DNA of 64,000 nt from a virus. Its lineage: Duplodnaviria; Caudoviricetes. The stretch spans positions 21,941 through 85,940 of the IMG/VR virus record IMGVR_UViG_3300032007_000058; one strand, given 5' to 3'. This document shows positions 52,253-62,300 of this stretch, piece after piece. Made by a program: the position numbers and the translations under genes. Below the pieces are notes generated by a model, which ran no database searches, had not been told where the DNA came from, and saw nothing but the letters and a program-made list of their open reading frames with translations. Each line of letters begins with the position of its first letter. The stretch's first letter is position 1.

Positions 52253-52891
52253 ATGTACTGCTCCATCGAGGATATCCGGGCCGAGGGCGTGACGGAGGAG
52301 CAGGCGAACGACGCACGGCTCTCAGAGCTCATCGCGCTGGCCTGCGGGTATATCGACCGGATGACGGGGCAGTGGTTCGAGCCGAGGGAAAAGACGTTGC
52401 GGCTGGATGGGACGGGGGGGGAGACACTACCCCTCCCGCTCTTCTTGATCCGCGCCAGCTCCGTGAAGGCCGATGGGACGGAGATATCGGACTACGTGCT
52501 CTACGACCGTATCGGGGCGGAGGATGACAGAAGCTACCCCAGGATGAAGCGCAAGGTCCGCTGGCCCAAGGGGGACCTCAACATCGAGATAGCGGGGCTA
52601 TGGGGCTACGTGGATGAGGACGGGGAGGGCGGATACGTCACACCGCCCCTCATCCGGCGGGCCGCGATGAAGCTGGCGCTCTATAGCTTTCCCAGCCTGG
52701 GCGACGCCGAGGCGCAGGAGGAGAGGAATATGCGTTGGGCGATGCTCAAGGAGACGACGGACGGGCATAGCTACGAGCTATCCGCCGACGTGCTCGCGGC
52801 GATGGCGGAAGGGGCCGTGACCGGGGACGTGGAGATCGACCAGATCCTCAGGCAGTACGCGGCCTCGCGGGTCAGGATGGGCGTCGCATGA
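52253..52891 (+). CDS. head-tail adaptor protein
   Basis: MYCSIEDIR, IDRMTGQWFEP, P.LIRRAAMKL; synteny. Confidence 0.75.
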   Translation: MYCSIEDIRAEGVTEEQANDARLSELIALACGYIDRMTGQWFEPREKTLRLDGTGGETLPLPLFLIRASSVKADGTEISDYVLYDRIGAEDDRSYPRMKRKVRWPKGDLNIEIAGLWGYVDEDGEGGYVTPPLIRRAAMKLALYSFPSLGDAEAQEERNMRWAMLKETTDGHSYELSADVLAAMAEGAVTGDVEIDQILRQYAASRVRMGVA

Positions 52892-53262
52892 GGCCCCGCC
52901 TGATACATCCCCGCCGCGTCCTGCTCTACCGCCGCAGGGCGACGGAGATCGATCCTGAGTTCGGCCCTACGGGGGAGATCGAGTGGGAGGATCCTATCGC
53001 CCTCCAAGGGCAGGTGAAGTACAACAGATACCAACAGGTCGTCCCTGTCGGGAGCGGGAACGATCCTGCCAGTGATGGGCATGTCGTATTCCACTCCGAG
53101 GACTGGGTATCTTCCGGTGGGAAGGTCGGCGACGAGATGGAGCTTGTTGTCGACTTCGTAGGGCCGTCTCGGCTGGTCGTGATCGAGGTGCGCCCCGCCG
53201 CGCACTACCGGGGGATCCATTGGCACGTCCATGTCCATTTCACGAGGAAGAGGGCTGGATAG
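52888..53262 (+). CDS. head closure protein
   Basis: Synteny and beta-rich composition. Confidence 0.65.
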   Translation: MRPRLIHPRRVLLYRRRATEIDPEFGPTGEIEWEDPIALQGQVKYNRYQQVVPVGSGNDPASDGHVVFHSEDWVSSGGKVGDEMELVVDFVGPSRLVVIEVRPAAHYRGIHWHVHVHFTRKRAG

Positions 53263-53264
53263 AT

Positions 53265-53804
53265 ATGAGCAGCGGGCTTGAGGGAGATTGGGACAAGCTG
53301 AACGGCCTCTTAGATCCCGCGAGGATGAAGGCGAAGCTGGATGTAGCCGCAAAGAAGGTCGGTGTCCACGGGGCCTCTGCGGTCAAGCGAGGCATCGTCA
53401 GCGGGGCCCCCGGCGGGGAGAAGTTCGCCCCATTGAGCCCCGTGACGATAGCCCATAAGGGATCCAGCAAGCCCCTCATCGATAAGGGAGACCTAGTGGG
53501 GAGCGTTACCTACGCCACGCCGGACACGAACACGGTCTTCATCGGCGTCCGAAAGAGCGCGAAGGGCAAGGATGGCGTAGGTTTGGCGAACGTCGCGGCG
53601 GTCCATGAGTTTGGCTGTACGGTCCCCGTCACGCCTAAGATGCGGGCGTACCTGCACCACGAGGGGATACACCTCAAGGCCTCGACGCAGTACATCAACA
53701 TCCCCCCGCGCCCCTTCCTGCGTCCGACGCTGAAGGATCCGAAATTCCGTGAGAAGGTGGCGGAGATCTATAAGGCCGCTATAAAGGAGGCGTTCGCGCC
53801 ATGA
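53265..53804 (+). CDS. neck/virion morphogenesis protein (HK97 gp10/Mu gpG-like)
   Basis: APLSP.T...KGSSKPLID.G.L, A.VHEFG, IPPRPFL.P. Confidence 0.85.
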   Translation: MSSGLEGDWDKLNGLLDPARMKAKLDVAAKKVGVHGASAVKRGIVSGAPGGEKFAPLSPVTIAHKGSSKPLIDKGDLVGSVTYATPDTNTVFIGVRKSAKGKDGVGLANVAAVHEFGCTVPVTPKMRAYLHHEGIHLKASTQYINIPPRPFLRPTLKDPKFREKVAEIYKAAIKEAFAP

Positions 53805-53811
53805 TGCTGAG

Positions 53812-54363
53812 ATGATCGTGGAGACGACGCGGGCGCTGGTCCGGCTGTTTAAGAGCATCGAGCCCAATACGCACTTGAGCGCGGGCAGCATCGTTGAGCT
53901 GGCGAGGCTCCCCGCCGTCGTCCTGAGCGGGCCTGTAGCCGTTGAGAAGAAGCGCCTGGCGCGGGACGCGGAACGGCTGACAGCGATAGACATGGAGGAG
54001 ATGGAGGCGGCCCGCGAGGTCCCCCCGCGCTGGTACGACCTCCAGTTCGACGTAGCCCTCTCGTGCAGGTCGACGCTGGAACTCGTGGAGATGATGGAAA
54101 GGTGCAGCCGTCTCGTCCAGGCGTCCCCCCTCCTGACCGCCGAAGGCGGGGGGCGGGTCCGGCGGTATGTCTGGGCCTGGAGGACGCCGCCTGGCGTCCG
54201 TGACGCCCCGGACATCTCACAGGTGGCCGAAGGGCGTGGGGAACTGGCCGTATTCGACGTGGAAGCCTATAGCGGGCTTCGGGAGATATCCCCGTTGATC
54301 CGCGTGGTAGATATTGGTATCGAGTCCCCTGACGGGACGGACGAAGTGAAGATCGGAGAGTGA
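53812..54363 (+). CDS. tail terminator-like protein
   Basis: Synteny before the sheath gene. Confidence 0.6.
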   Translation: MIVETTRALVRLFKSIEPNTHLSAGSIVELARLPAVVLSGPVAVEKKRLARDAERLTAIDMEEMEAAREVPPRWYDLQFDVALSCRSTLELVEMMERCSRLVQASPLLTAEGGGRVRRYVWAWRTPPGVRDAPDISQVAEGRGELAVFDVEAYSGLREISPLIRVVDIGIESPDGTDEVKIGE

Positions 54364-54367
54364 GGAG

Positions 54368-54613
54368 ATGGCGAAGAAGAACACAGCCCCTGTCCTGCTG
54401 ATACGCAACCTGGCGGACGGGCCTAGGGACTACCCATTGAAGGATGGGAGCAGCGTCTACCTGCCCCCGCGCGGGAAACCCGTCCATTGGGCAGAGGTGC
54501 AAGAGGATGTGCTCAGTGACGCCCTGGCCCGCGCCGAGCGGAAGGGGCTCATCGAGGTGAAGAGGGGCGCGGTCGAGGCCGAGCCTGACGGGGCGAAGGA
54601 GGCGAACGGGTAA
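54368..54613 (+). CDS. small hypothetical tail-region protein
   Basis: GAGGAG RBS; TAATG coupling to the sheath gene. Confidence 0.65.
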   Translation: MAKKNTAPVLLIRNLADGPRDYPLKDGSSVYLPPRGKPVHWAEVQEDVLSDALARAERKGLIEVKRGAVEAEPDGAKEANG

Positions 54614-56187
54614 TGGGCTTTGGACTGCCAAGGGTCATCGTGAGCGAGAAGGACGCGAGCTACTACGTCGACACGCTCATCAAAGGTATATCCTGCGTGT
54701 CCGGCATCACGGAGAAGGGACCGGTCGGGACGCCGCAGCTCATCAGCTCCGCGATGCAGTTTGAGCGCGTCTTCGGTCACGACCTGAAGACGTCCGACTT
54801 CCCGCTCCTTGCCAAGCGTGCGCTCGCCTACGGCGCGGTGCTCTGGGTATCGCGCGTGGCCCACTATAGCGACATAACGGACGTGGCGACGTTGACGGCG
54901 CGCGGGGCGTCCGTAGAGCTGAAGGACCGCGCCGAGACGCCCGTAGCGACTCTGAAGGTCACGGCGAGCTCGCCGGGGACCTGGGGCAATGGTCTGAAGG
55001 TGAGGATATCAGATAGCTCCATGGACTCTGGGGCACTCTTCACCGTTGAGATTGTCGAGGGGGACGATGTGGTGGAGACGTTGCCTGACCTATCGATGGA
55101 CGACGACAGCGATAGTTACGTCGAGAAGCAGAAGAGCGCCTACATCGTACTCACGGACCTGGCGAGCACGTCCGGGGCGAAGATAGACCGCCCCGCGCTG
55201 GGGACGTTCCCCCTGACCGGGGGGAACGACGGGCTGACTGGGATCTGCGACGCGGACTACATCGGGAGCGCAACGAACGGGACCGGCCTCCATGCCTTCG
55301 ACGACATCACTGATGCGGTGCAGCTCGCCGTCCCCGGCGTATCCTCCCCGGCGGTCATCTCCGCTGGCCTGGGGTACTGCGAGAACAGGGGGGACCTGCT
55401 CTTCGTGACGGAAACGCCCTTCGACCTCGCGGCCCAGGAGGCGGTGGATTTTCGGCTGGGGAAGGGGACCTATAGCCATGCGCCTTTCGTATCGAATTAC
55501 GGGGCGATGTACTGGCCCAAGCTGAAGATCTATGACGTGGCGCAGCAGAAGGAGCGCCTGGTCTCCCCCGTCGGGGACGTGCTGGGCGTCATGTCGGTGA
55601 ATGACTGGACGGAGAATGAGTCCTACGTTCCGGCGGGCATGAGGCGGGGGCGCATCCTGAACGCCCTTGGGGTGGATGTCAACGTTGGGGGGCGGGGACG
55701 TCTCGGGGAGGGCAACTACCTCTGCGAGAATCAGGTCGACCCCATCTGTGTGTTCGATGATACGGGCCCCGTCGTCTGGGGTGCGCAGACGCTCCAGCGG
55801 CAGGCGTCGCTCCTGCGGGAGGTCAACGTCCGCAGGATGTTGATCGTCGTGAAGAAGACGCTTGCCGCTTACGCGCGGGCCTTCATCCACCAGCCCAACG
55901 ATCCGCGCACCTGGCGGGAGTTCTACCGTGGGCTGGAGCCGAAGTTCCGCGAGTGGAAGGCAGAGCGTTGGTTCTACGACTATCGCATCTTCTGCGACCA
56001 GGACGCCAATAGCCTTGAGGAGGCCAAGCTGAACATCCCCGAGAGCGTGCAGCGCGGGGAGTTCAAGTGTTTGACGTTCATCAAGCCGGTCGTCGGGATC
56101 AAGTGGGTGTTGCTCGACGCGGTGATCACGCGCCTGGACGCCAACTTCAGCGAATCCCTGACCGACGTCCTTGGCATCACGGCATAA
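54613..56187 (+). CDS. contractile tail sheath protein
   Basis: GITEKGPVG.P.LI.S, S.G.WGN, GGNDG, AMYWP, VVWGAQT, VNVRR. Confidence 0.95.
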   Translation: MGFGLPRVIVSEKDASYYVDTLIKGISCVSGITEKGPVGTPQLISSAMQFERVFGHDLKTSDFPLLAKRALAYGAVLWVSRVAHYSDITDVATLTARGASVELKDRAETPVATLKVTASSPGTWGNGLKVRISDSSMDSGALFTVEIVEGDDVVETLPDLSMDDDSDSYVEKQKSAYIVLTDLASTSGAKIDRPALGTFPLTGGNDGLTGICDADYIGSATNGTGLHAFDDITDAVQLAVPGVSSPAVISAGLGYCENRGDLLFVTETPFDLAAQEAVDFRLGKGTYSHAPFVSNYGAMYWPKLKIYDVAQQKERLVSPVGDVLGVMSVNDWTENESYVPAGMRRGRILNALGVDVNVGGRGRLGEGNYLCENQVDPICVFDDTGPVVWGAQTLQRQASLLREVNVRRMLIVVKKTLAAYARAFIHQPNDPRTWREFYRGLEPKFREWKAERWFYDYRIFCDQDANSLEEAKLNIPESVQRGEFKCLTFIKPVVGIKWVLLDAVITRLDANFSESLTDVLGITA

Positions 56188-56201
56188 GGAGGGGGAGAGG
56201 T

Positions 56202-56672
56202 ATGGGACTTGTGGCGACTTTCCCTGGCAACCCTCGCCAGAAGCATCAGTTCCTAGTGAGGGTGGACGGGATAGAGAGCGCGTGGTTCGAGAAGGCGACC
56301 TTGCCAGAGAAAGAGGTCGAGGTCGACGAGTTCAACCCTGCCGGAAGCGTCCGTCCGACAAAATTTGCGGGGCGGGCGAAGTTTAGTGATTGCACGTTGG
56401 AGAAGGGGATGATGGCCGACGGGGCCGATCTGACCGCGTGGAACTGGCTGACTTCGGCCAACGATACGCAAGCGGGAGAGCTGGGCGATCCCTCGACCTA
56501 TCGGAAGGACATCGAGGTGTGCCACGTTGACCGCGTGGGCAACGTGATCCAGACCTGGAAGATGAAGGAGACCTTCTGCTCCAAGATATCTTGGGGCGAT
56601 AACGAGGGCGGGAGTAGCGATCACGTCATCGAGACACTGACGCTGACCGTCGGGGACCTTGAGGTGCTGTAG
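56202..56672 (+). CDS. tail tube protein (T4 gp19-like)
   Basis: P..K..F.V.VDG, K.AGR.KF...TLEKG, W........C..I. Confidence 0.9.
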   Translation: MGLVATFPGNPRQKHQFLVRVDGIESAWFEKATLPEKEVEVDEFNPAGSVRPTKFAGRAKFSDCTLEKGMMADGADLTAWNWLTSANDTQAGELGDPSTYRKDIEVCHVDRVGNVIQTWKMKETFCSKISWGDNEGGSSDHVIETLTLTVGDLEVL

Positions 56673-56736
56673 AGGGTAGTAGCGCCGCCGTCAGGCGACG
56701 GCGGCGCGCCCAGCTTTGGCGATAGGAGGATAGGAT

Positions 56737-57477
56737 ATGGCAAAGCGTGAGACCGTTGGGGACGTGATAGGCTTCGAGCTGCCATCCGGCGTTCCCGTTG
56801 AGATACAGGAGATCACGGCGGAGGCGGAGCGCTGGCTCACCGACAAGCAGGCGATGAAGTCCGGGAAAGGGCTGAACAAGTTTATCCTTAAGGCGCTCGT
56901 CTCTTATGACGGCAAGCCCCTCCCCGAGAACGAGGGGGAGGCCATGGCCTTCTTGTCGGACATGCGCACCGGCGACCGGAACTACCTTATCTTGCGCATC
57001 CGTATGCAGAGCTACGGCGATGAGATGGTCTTTAACCATAAGTGCCCAAAGTGTGGTAAGACCTCGGGGTATCAGGTCAACTTCCAGCAGTTGCTCGACG
57101 ACGGGACCTTGAAGGTCTATCCCTACCGTGAGGACGTCCCCGTCACGGTGGAGACGCGGGGCGGAACGGCTGAAGTCGATTACATGACTGGGCGGACGGA
57201 GCAGTGGTTGGCGCAGCAGAAGGAGCTCGATACGATCCATTTCGCCATGGCGGCCTGTAAGTCCTTCAACGGCCATGCCCCGACCTACAAGGAGTTCGAG
57301 GGGCTCTTCGCGAAGGATATCAGCAAGATCAGGTTGGCCTTCATGGATCTAAAGGGCGGGCTGGACGCGCGTATCGAGCTGGATTGTCCTAAATGCGATA
57401 GCAGCTACGATGTGCTGCTCTATAGCATCGACGATTTTTTTACCCCGTTGACTACCTCGGCGACTATTGGCCTGTAG
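56737..57477 (+). CDS. tail assembly chaperone (gpG-like)
   Basis: GDRNYLILRIR..SYG, CPKCG; between tube and tape measure genes. Confidence 0.85.
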   Translation: MAKRETVGDVIGFELPSGVPVEIQEITAEAERWLTDKQAMKSGKGLNKFILKALVSYDGKPLPENEGEAMAFLSDMRTGDRNYLILRIRMQSYGDEMVFNHKCPKCGKTSGYQVNFQQLLDDGTLKVYPYREDVPVTVETRGGTAEVDYMTGRTEQWLAQQKELDTIHFAMAACKSFNGHAPTYKEFEGLFAKDISKIRLAFMDLKGGLDARIELDCPKCDSSYDVLLYSIDDFFTPLTTSATIGL

Positions 57478-57629
57478 ATGAGGCCGTATTCTTCCTCGCC
57501 AAGGGCCTGGGCTGGGGATACCGCGAGATCATGGGCATGTCCAGCGGTGAGCGCCTTTGGTACGTCGATCGCCTAAGGCGTCAGATCGAGTATGAGAACA
57601 GTGAGATAGAGAAGGCGCGGAGGAGGTGA
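57435..57629 (+). other. -1 programmed frameshift site T TTT TTT and gpT-like extension
   Basis: Seven T at 57435-57441; the -1 frame is open to TGA 57627-57629 (FFYPVDYLGDYWPVDEAVFFLAKGLGWGYREIMGMSSGERLWYVDRL...). Confidence 0.8.
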
Positions 57630-57633
57630 GGGC

Positions 57634-60363
57634 ATGGATATGGCGATGGGAGCCATGGGGCTGGGCATCATCCTGACACTCAGGGACCAGGCGTCTAACG
57701 GCATCGATAAGATACGCGAAAAGATGACGGGGCTCCAGGGTGTCTCCGAACAGATGACGAAGCGCTTCGACGCCGGGGTGAAACAGATGATGGGCGGCCT
57801 CGGTGCGATGATGATGGGCGGCAAGATGTTGAGCGCCGTGAATAACACCGTCGGGGTATCCGTGACCGTGGCGGCGAGCTTCGAGCAGGCGATGGCCCGC
57901 GTCCAGGCCGTATCCGGGGCGACGAGGGCAGAGTTTGAGAAGCTCCAGGCCCAGGCCAAGCAGCTTGGGCGCGACACCCAATTTTCGGCCTCGCAGGTCG
58001 CAAGCGCTCAAGAGCTTCTGGCCCGCGCGGGATTTAAGGTGGAAGAGGGGAATAACCAGATCATCGCGGCCATGCCTGGGTTGTTGAATATGGCCGCTGC
58101 GGAGGGGATGGGGCTGGCCGAGGCTGCGGACATCGCCGCCGGAACGCTGCGGGGCTTTGGGATGGAGGCGAACGAGATGGATCGCGTCGCCAATGCCTTA
58201 GCTAAGGGCTCTGCTTCCGCGAATGTCTCCATCGCGACCATCGGAGAAGCGCTTAGGAACGTAGCGCCTGACGCTAATGCTCTTGGGCTTAGCCTGGAGG
58301 AGACGATCGCCATCATCGGCAAGATGGGCGACTCCGCGATAAAAGGCGGACGGGCAGGCACGGCGCTTTCCTCGATCATGAGCAAGATATCTGCCCCAAC
58401 GTCGAAGGCCCAGAAGGCCTTAGCCAGCCTCGGCGTCACGACGACGACTTCATCAGGGGACCTTCTAGAAGTCCCGGAGATATTGGACAATATTTCAAAA
58501 GCCATGAAGGAAAAGGGGCTTGGCACGGCGCAAAAACAGGAGATCCTTAAAGATCTGTTCGGGCTGACATCAAAGACCGAGGCGCAGGTCATATTGAACG
58601 CTATCGATGATGGGGGCCTGAAGGAACTGACAGAAAAAATCAGGAATGCAGGCGACGCCGCCGGGGATATGTCAAAGGTAATGAACGATACGCTCCAGGG
58701 CTCCATACTGAGGCTGGAGTCCGCGTCCGAGGGGCTACGTATCGCCATCGGCGATATTTTTAAAGATGCTTATCGATGGGCCATCGACAAGCTGGCGGAT
58801 CTCAAGGGCTGGCTAACGGGGCTGATCGAGTCCTTCCCCCTTCTATCGAAGCTGATCATCGGCGGGGTCGGCGCGTTGGTCACCTTCGCTGGAGTGGTAC
58901 TTATCCTCAGCGGCGCGGTCATGGCGGTATATGGCGGGTTCAAGATGTGGGTATTCGCGAAGCCGCTGATCATGGCAGCCCTCACTGCTATAAAGACACA
59001 GGCCGTGGCGGCAATAGCGGCGCTCAAGGCCGCATCTGCCCCCCTCCTCCTGCTCATCGGTCTTGGAGCGGCGCTCTACGCGGCCTGGAAGTCAAATTTC
59101 GGCGGGATCCGCGATATGCTCACGGCTATCACGGAGGGGTTCAGCATGGCCGTATCCGCTGATGAGAAGGGGGTTACCCGCGTCAGCAGGGAGACGGCGG
59201 ACCGCCTCAAGAAGGCCGGTATCTGGGACTTCGCCGTGACGATGGGGAAAGTGTTCTATCGCCTTCGGGAGATGTGGGCGGGCTTTAAAGAGGGGTTCAT
59301 GGAGACCGTCGAAAAGATACGAGAGGGGCTTAGGATCATGTCCGATAAGTTGTCAGAGTTCCTGAGACCTGGGCGCAAGTTCCTAGAATGGCTAGGGATC
59401 CTGGACCCGCTCTCGAAGTCGTCATCCGATACGTGGCGCGAGTGGGGGAATACCTTAGGGAAATGGGTCCCCCTGATCATTGCCGCTATTGCGGCCCTGA
59501 AGGGGGCGAGCGTCGTGGCCGGTATCCTTCAGGGGATCGCTGGGGCTATCGGGTTGGTGAACGCCGCGATAGCCGCCAATCCGATAGGCATGATCTTCCT
59601 TCTCACCGTTGGGGCGATAACGCTGATGTCGATGTACTGGGACGACTTTGGAAAAGTCGTCAAGAACGTGCTCATCAGTATAGGAGATATCGTCTGGGGC
59701 GTGATCGATACCATCGTCGGGTTCTTCAAGTTTGGGATCGCCCTTATCACGGGCGATTGGAAGGGGCTTGCGGATGCTATCGAGCATATATTCAAAGGGC
59801 TCGTCGGAGTCGTGAAGGGTATCCTAGACACGATATGGGGCCTTATAAGCCCGATCATCGATGGGGTGAGCTGGGTATTGGAGGCTCTTGGGTTCATCTC
59901 ACCAGAGACGCACGAGGTGATCAAGAACGCTCTCAGCAACGAGCCAAGCGCGGATATCACGGAGTATGAGCATCTGAAGAAAGCCTACGAAGCCAAGGGA
60001 TTCGTCTTCGACGATAAGGGCAATGTAAAAAAACTGCCAGCCGACATGTATATGCTGGATATTATGCAGCAGGAGGGCGCGAAAGAGGAGGCGGCCCGCC
60101 GCCTTAAAGAGGCGAAGGCCGCTATGCCTGCCATGCCCGTCCTCGCGCAGCAGTCCCAGACACAAGCCGTAGCCGCAGGACAGGCGACGGCCCAGGCCGT
60201 GGCTGGCGCTCCTGGGAAGCCGCTCCAGGTGAAGAACAACGTAAATATGGTCGTACAGCCCACGACTACGGATGTCGTCCTGGATAGCGAGAAGCTAGGC
60301 GAGATAATGACGCGATATGAGGCCCATCAGCTCGCGCGTGAAGGGTATGCGGTGACGCAATGA
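57634..60363 (+). CDS. tape measure protein (TP901-type core)
   Basis: FEQAMARVQAVSGAT, GRDTQFSASQVA.AQ..LARAG; Ala/Gly-rich helical repeats. Confidence 0.95.
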   Translation: MDMAMGAMGLGIILTLRDQASNGIDKIREKMTGLQGVSEQMTKRFDAGVKQMMGGLGAMMMGGKMLSAVNNTVGVSVTVAASFEQAMARVQAVSGATRAEFEKLQAQAKQLGRDTQFSASQVASAQELLARAGFKVEEGNNQIIAAMPGLLNMAAAEGMGLAEAADIAAGTLRGFGMEANEMDRVANALAKGSASANVSIATIGEALRNVAPDANALGLSLEETIAIIGKMGDSAIKGGRAGTALSSIMSKISAPTSKAQKALASLGVTTTTSSGDLLEVPEILDNISKAMKEKGLGTAQKQEILKDLFGLTSKTEAQVILNAIDDGGLKELTEKIRNAGDAAGDMSKVMNDTLQGSILRLESASEGLRIAIGDIFKDAYRWAIDKLADLKGWLTGLIESFPLLSKLIIGGVGALVTFAGVVLILSGAVMAVYGGFKMWVFAKPLIMAALTAIKTQAVAAIAALKAASAPLLLLIGLGAALYAAWKSNFGGIRDMLTAITEGFSMAVSADEKGVTRVSRETADRLKKAGIWDFAVTMGKVFYRLREMWAGFKEGFMETVEKIREGLRIMSDKLSEFLRPGRKFLEWLGILDPLSKSSSDTWREWGNTLGKWVPLIIAAIAALKGASVVAGILQGIAGAIGLVNAAIAANPIGMIFLLTVGAITLMSMYWDDFGKVVKNVLISIGDIVWGVIDTIVGFFKFGIALITGDWKGLADAIEHIFKGLVGVVKGILDTIWGLISPIIDGVSWVLEALGFISPETHEVIKNALSNEPSADITEYEHLKKAYEAKGFVFDDKGNVKKLPADMYMLDIMQQEGAKEEAARRLKEAKAAMPAMPVLAQQSQTQAVAAGQATAQAVAGAPGKPLQVKNNVNMVVQPTTTDVVLDSEKLGEIMTRYEAHQLAREGYAVTQ

Positions 60364-60824
60364 GGACGGAAGATCAGGGAGTCCTCGTCGACCGGGGCAG
60401 CGGAGTTCGTGTCAAGTTCGATCTGAACCCTGAGATATTCCAGGACGAGAAGACAACGGAGCTGGCAAGTATTGGTATCCCAGGGATGAGCCACCCGAAG
60501 ATGCAGTTCACAGGGGGAGGGGAGCGGATGCTCTCCTTTTCTATCTTCCTGCACTATGGGGCGACGGGGGACGTCCCAGGGGCGATAAGGACGTTGCAGT
60601 CCTGGCAATACCCAGAGTACAGCGGGGGGCGGTTGACGAAGCCCCCAGCAAAGCTCCTTCTGGTATTTGGAGATACCTGGCCTGATGAGCAATGGGCGTT
60701 GCGCTCGTGCAGCGTAACGCGCCAGCGATTCAACAAGGATCTGGCGTGTACGTTCGCTGAAGTAGCGGTCGAGCTGGTCCAGATCATCGAGACCTCGGTC
60801 GACGCACGGGAGGTGAGGGGATGA
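60360..60824 (+). CDS. tail tube initiator/baseplate-proximal protein
   Basis: FDLNPE, QF.GG..R.LSF, PP.K.LL.FG; synteny. Confidence 0.75.
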   Translation: MRTEDQGVLVDRGSGVRVKFDLNPEIFQDEKTTELASIGIPGMSHPKMQFTGGGERMLSFSIFLHYGATGDVPGAIRTLQSWQYPEYSGGRLTKPPAKLLLVFGDTWPDEQWALRSCSVTRQRFNKDLACTFAEVAVELVQIIETSVDAREVRG

Positions 60825-61120
60825 TCGATCCAACGAGCCGCTACAACTATTCGGTCCTGTATCGAGACAAAAGAGGCGGGGACTTCTGGGGGACGAGACA
60901 GCCCATCCGGCTCAAACGTCACTCCTCCGATAGCTATCATCAGGTCACGGACGCAGACAGCAAGCGGATAGACCTCATCGCGTGGAGATATTATGGGGAC
61001 GTGCGGCTCTGGTGGGTCATCGCCGAGGTGAACGAGATCGGGGACCCGCTGGAGATCCCGGTAGGGACACGCCTACGTATCCCATCTTACGAGCGGGTAC
61101 AGATGAAGGTGGTGAGGTGA
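60821..61120 (+). CDS. LysM/gpX-like baseplate protein
   Basis: RIDLIAWRYYGD..LWWVIAEVN...DPL..P.GT.LRIP. Confidence 0.85.
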   Translation: MIDPTSRYNYSVLYRDKRGGDFWGTRQPIRLKRHSSDSYHQVTDADSKRIDLIAWRYYGDVRLWWVIAEVNEIGDPLEIPVGTRLRIPSYERVQMKVVR

Positions 61121-62295
61121 TGGATACCTACGCACCGATGGTCATCATCGAGGTTGGCGGGGCGACGCTCCCGCGCGATATCAGCGAACACATCACGTCC
61201 TTCTCCTACGAGGACCACGAGGACAAGATGGACGAGATGAAGGTGACTATCGTTGATATGGCGCTCTCCTTCGTGGACGACGAGCAGCTCCAAGAAGGCA
61301 AGGAGATCCGCGCTCGGTGGGGGTATATCGGGAACCTATCGCCTGCGCGGATCTGTACGATAAAGGAGATACGATACCAGTTCGGCGAGGATGGTGTCGT
61401 GAAGCTCGACGTGACTGCGTTGGATAAGCGTCACAAGCTCACAGGGCGCTCCTCGCGGACCTGTTGGAAAGATAGTCCGATAGAGAACGTTGTTTCTCAT
61501 ATCGCGACAAAACATGGGCTCGAACCGGTGATCGATATCCCAAACGATAGGATACGGGAATATATCACCGAAGGGGGCAAGAACGACCTAGAGTTTTTGA
61601 AAGAGCTTGCGGAGGATACGGGTTGTTCTGTGTGGGTATACAACGAAGAGCTCCACTTTGAGCCTAATCAGTTGACCGCCCCTGTGATGAGCTTTAGATA
61701 TCGCGAGGAGCGCGACGGATATCTTATAGGTTTTTCGGCTACAAGCAAAGCAGAAGAGGGGAAGGGGACAGGTGGCGAGACGGAGACGTCTGGGATAGAC
61801 CCGATGACTAAGGAGCCCTTCAAGACGCGTAGCAGCGCTGATGATGTTACGGTAAATCTTGGCAATCAACGCGTAGAGAACGAGACACGATATAAGCCAT
61901 CTGATGATGAGACGGGGCGGGCTATCCCCAGCCCAGCCCCTATGGCGGGGATAGCAAAACAGGAAGGGGCTGGGAAGGTCCAAACTGGGGCCATGAAGGT
62001 CGTCGAGGGGACGGCGAAGACGATAGGGATCCCTTCTTTAGAGGCAAAGGACACGATCACGCTAGAGAACGTAGGGGCAAAATTTAGCGGTCTATGGCGC
62101 GTGAAACGGGTGAAACACGATATATCGCGGAGTGGATACACTTGCGACTTGACGCTCTGTAAGAGCGACCATAATCACGGGGGGGGGCAGCGGGGAGCGG
62201 CCCCTAAGGCGCAGAGGGGTGGTAGCCATGCTACAAGTGCTGGAGAAGCGAAAAAGTCCCTGCCGCCGTATATCGAACAAGACTTAAAGAATTAG
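61120..62295 (+). CDS. baseplate hub protein (gpD/late control D-like)
   Basis: ITSFSYEDHED..D, WGY, DLEFL..LA, G...V..VKH.I. Confidence 0.85.
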   Translation: MDTYAPMVIIEVGGATLPRDISEHITSFSYEDHEDKMDEMKVTIVDMALSFVDDEQLQEGKEIRARWGYIGNLSPARICTIKEIRYQFGEDGVVKLDVTALDKRHKLTGRSSRTCWKDSPIENVVSHIATKHGLEPVIDIPNDRIREYITEGGKNDLEFLKELAEDTGCSVWVYNEELHFEPNQLTAPVMSFRYREERDGYLIGFSATSKAEEGKGTGGETETSGIDPMTKEPFKTRSSADDVTVNLGNQRVENETRYKPSDDETGRAIPSPAPMAGIAKQEGAGKVQTGAMKVVEGTAKTIGIPSLEAKDTITLENVGAKFSGLWRVKRVKHDISRSGYTCDLTLCKSDHNHGGGQRGAAPKAQRGGSHATSAGEAKKSLPPYIEQDLKN

Positions 62296-62300
62296 ATCAG

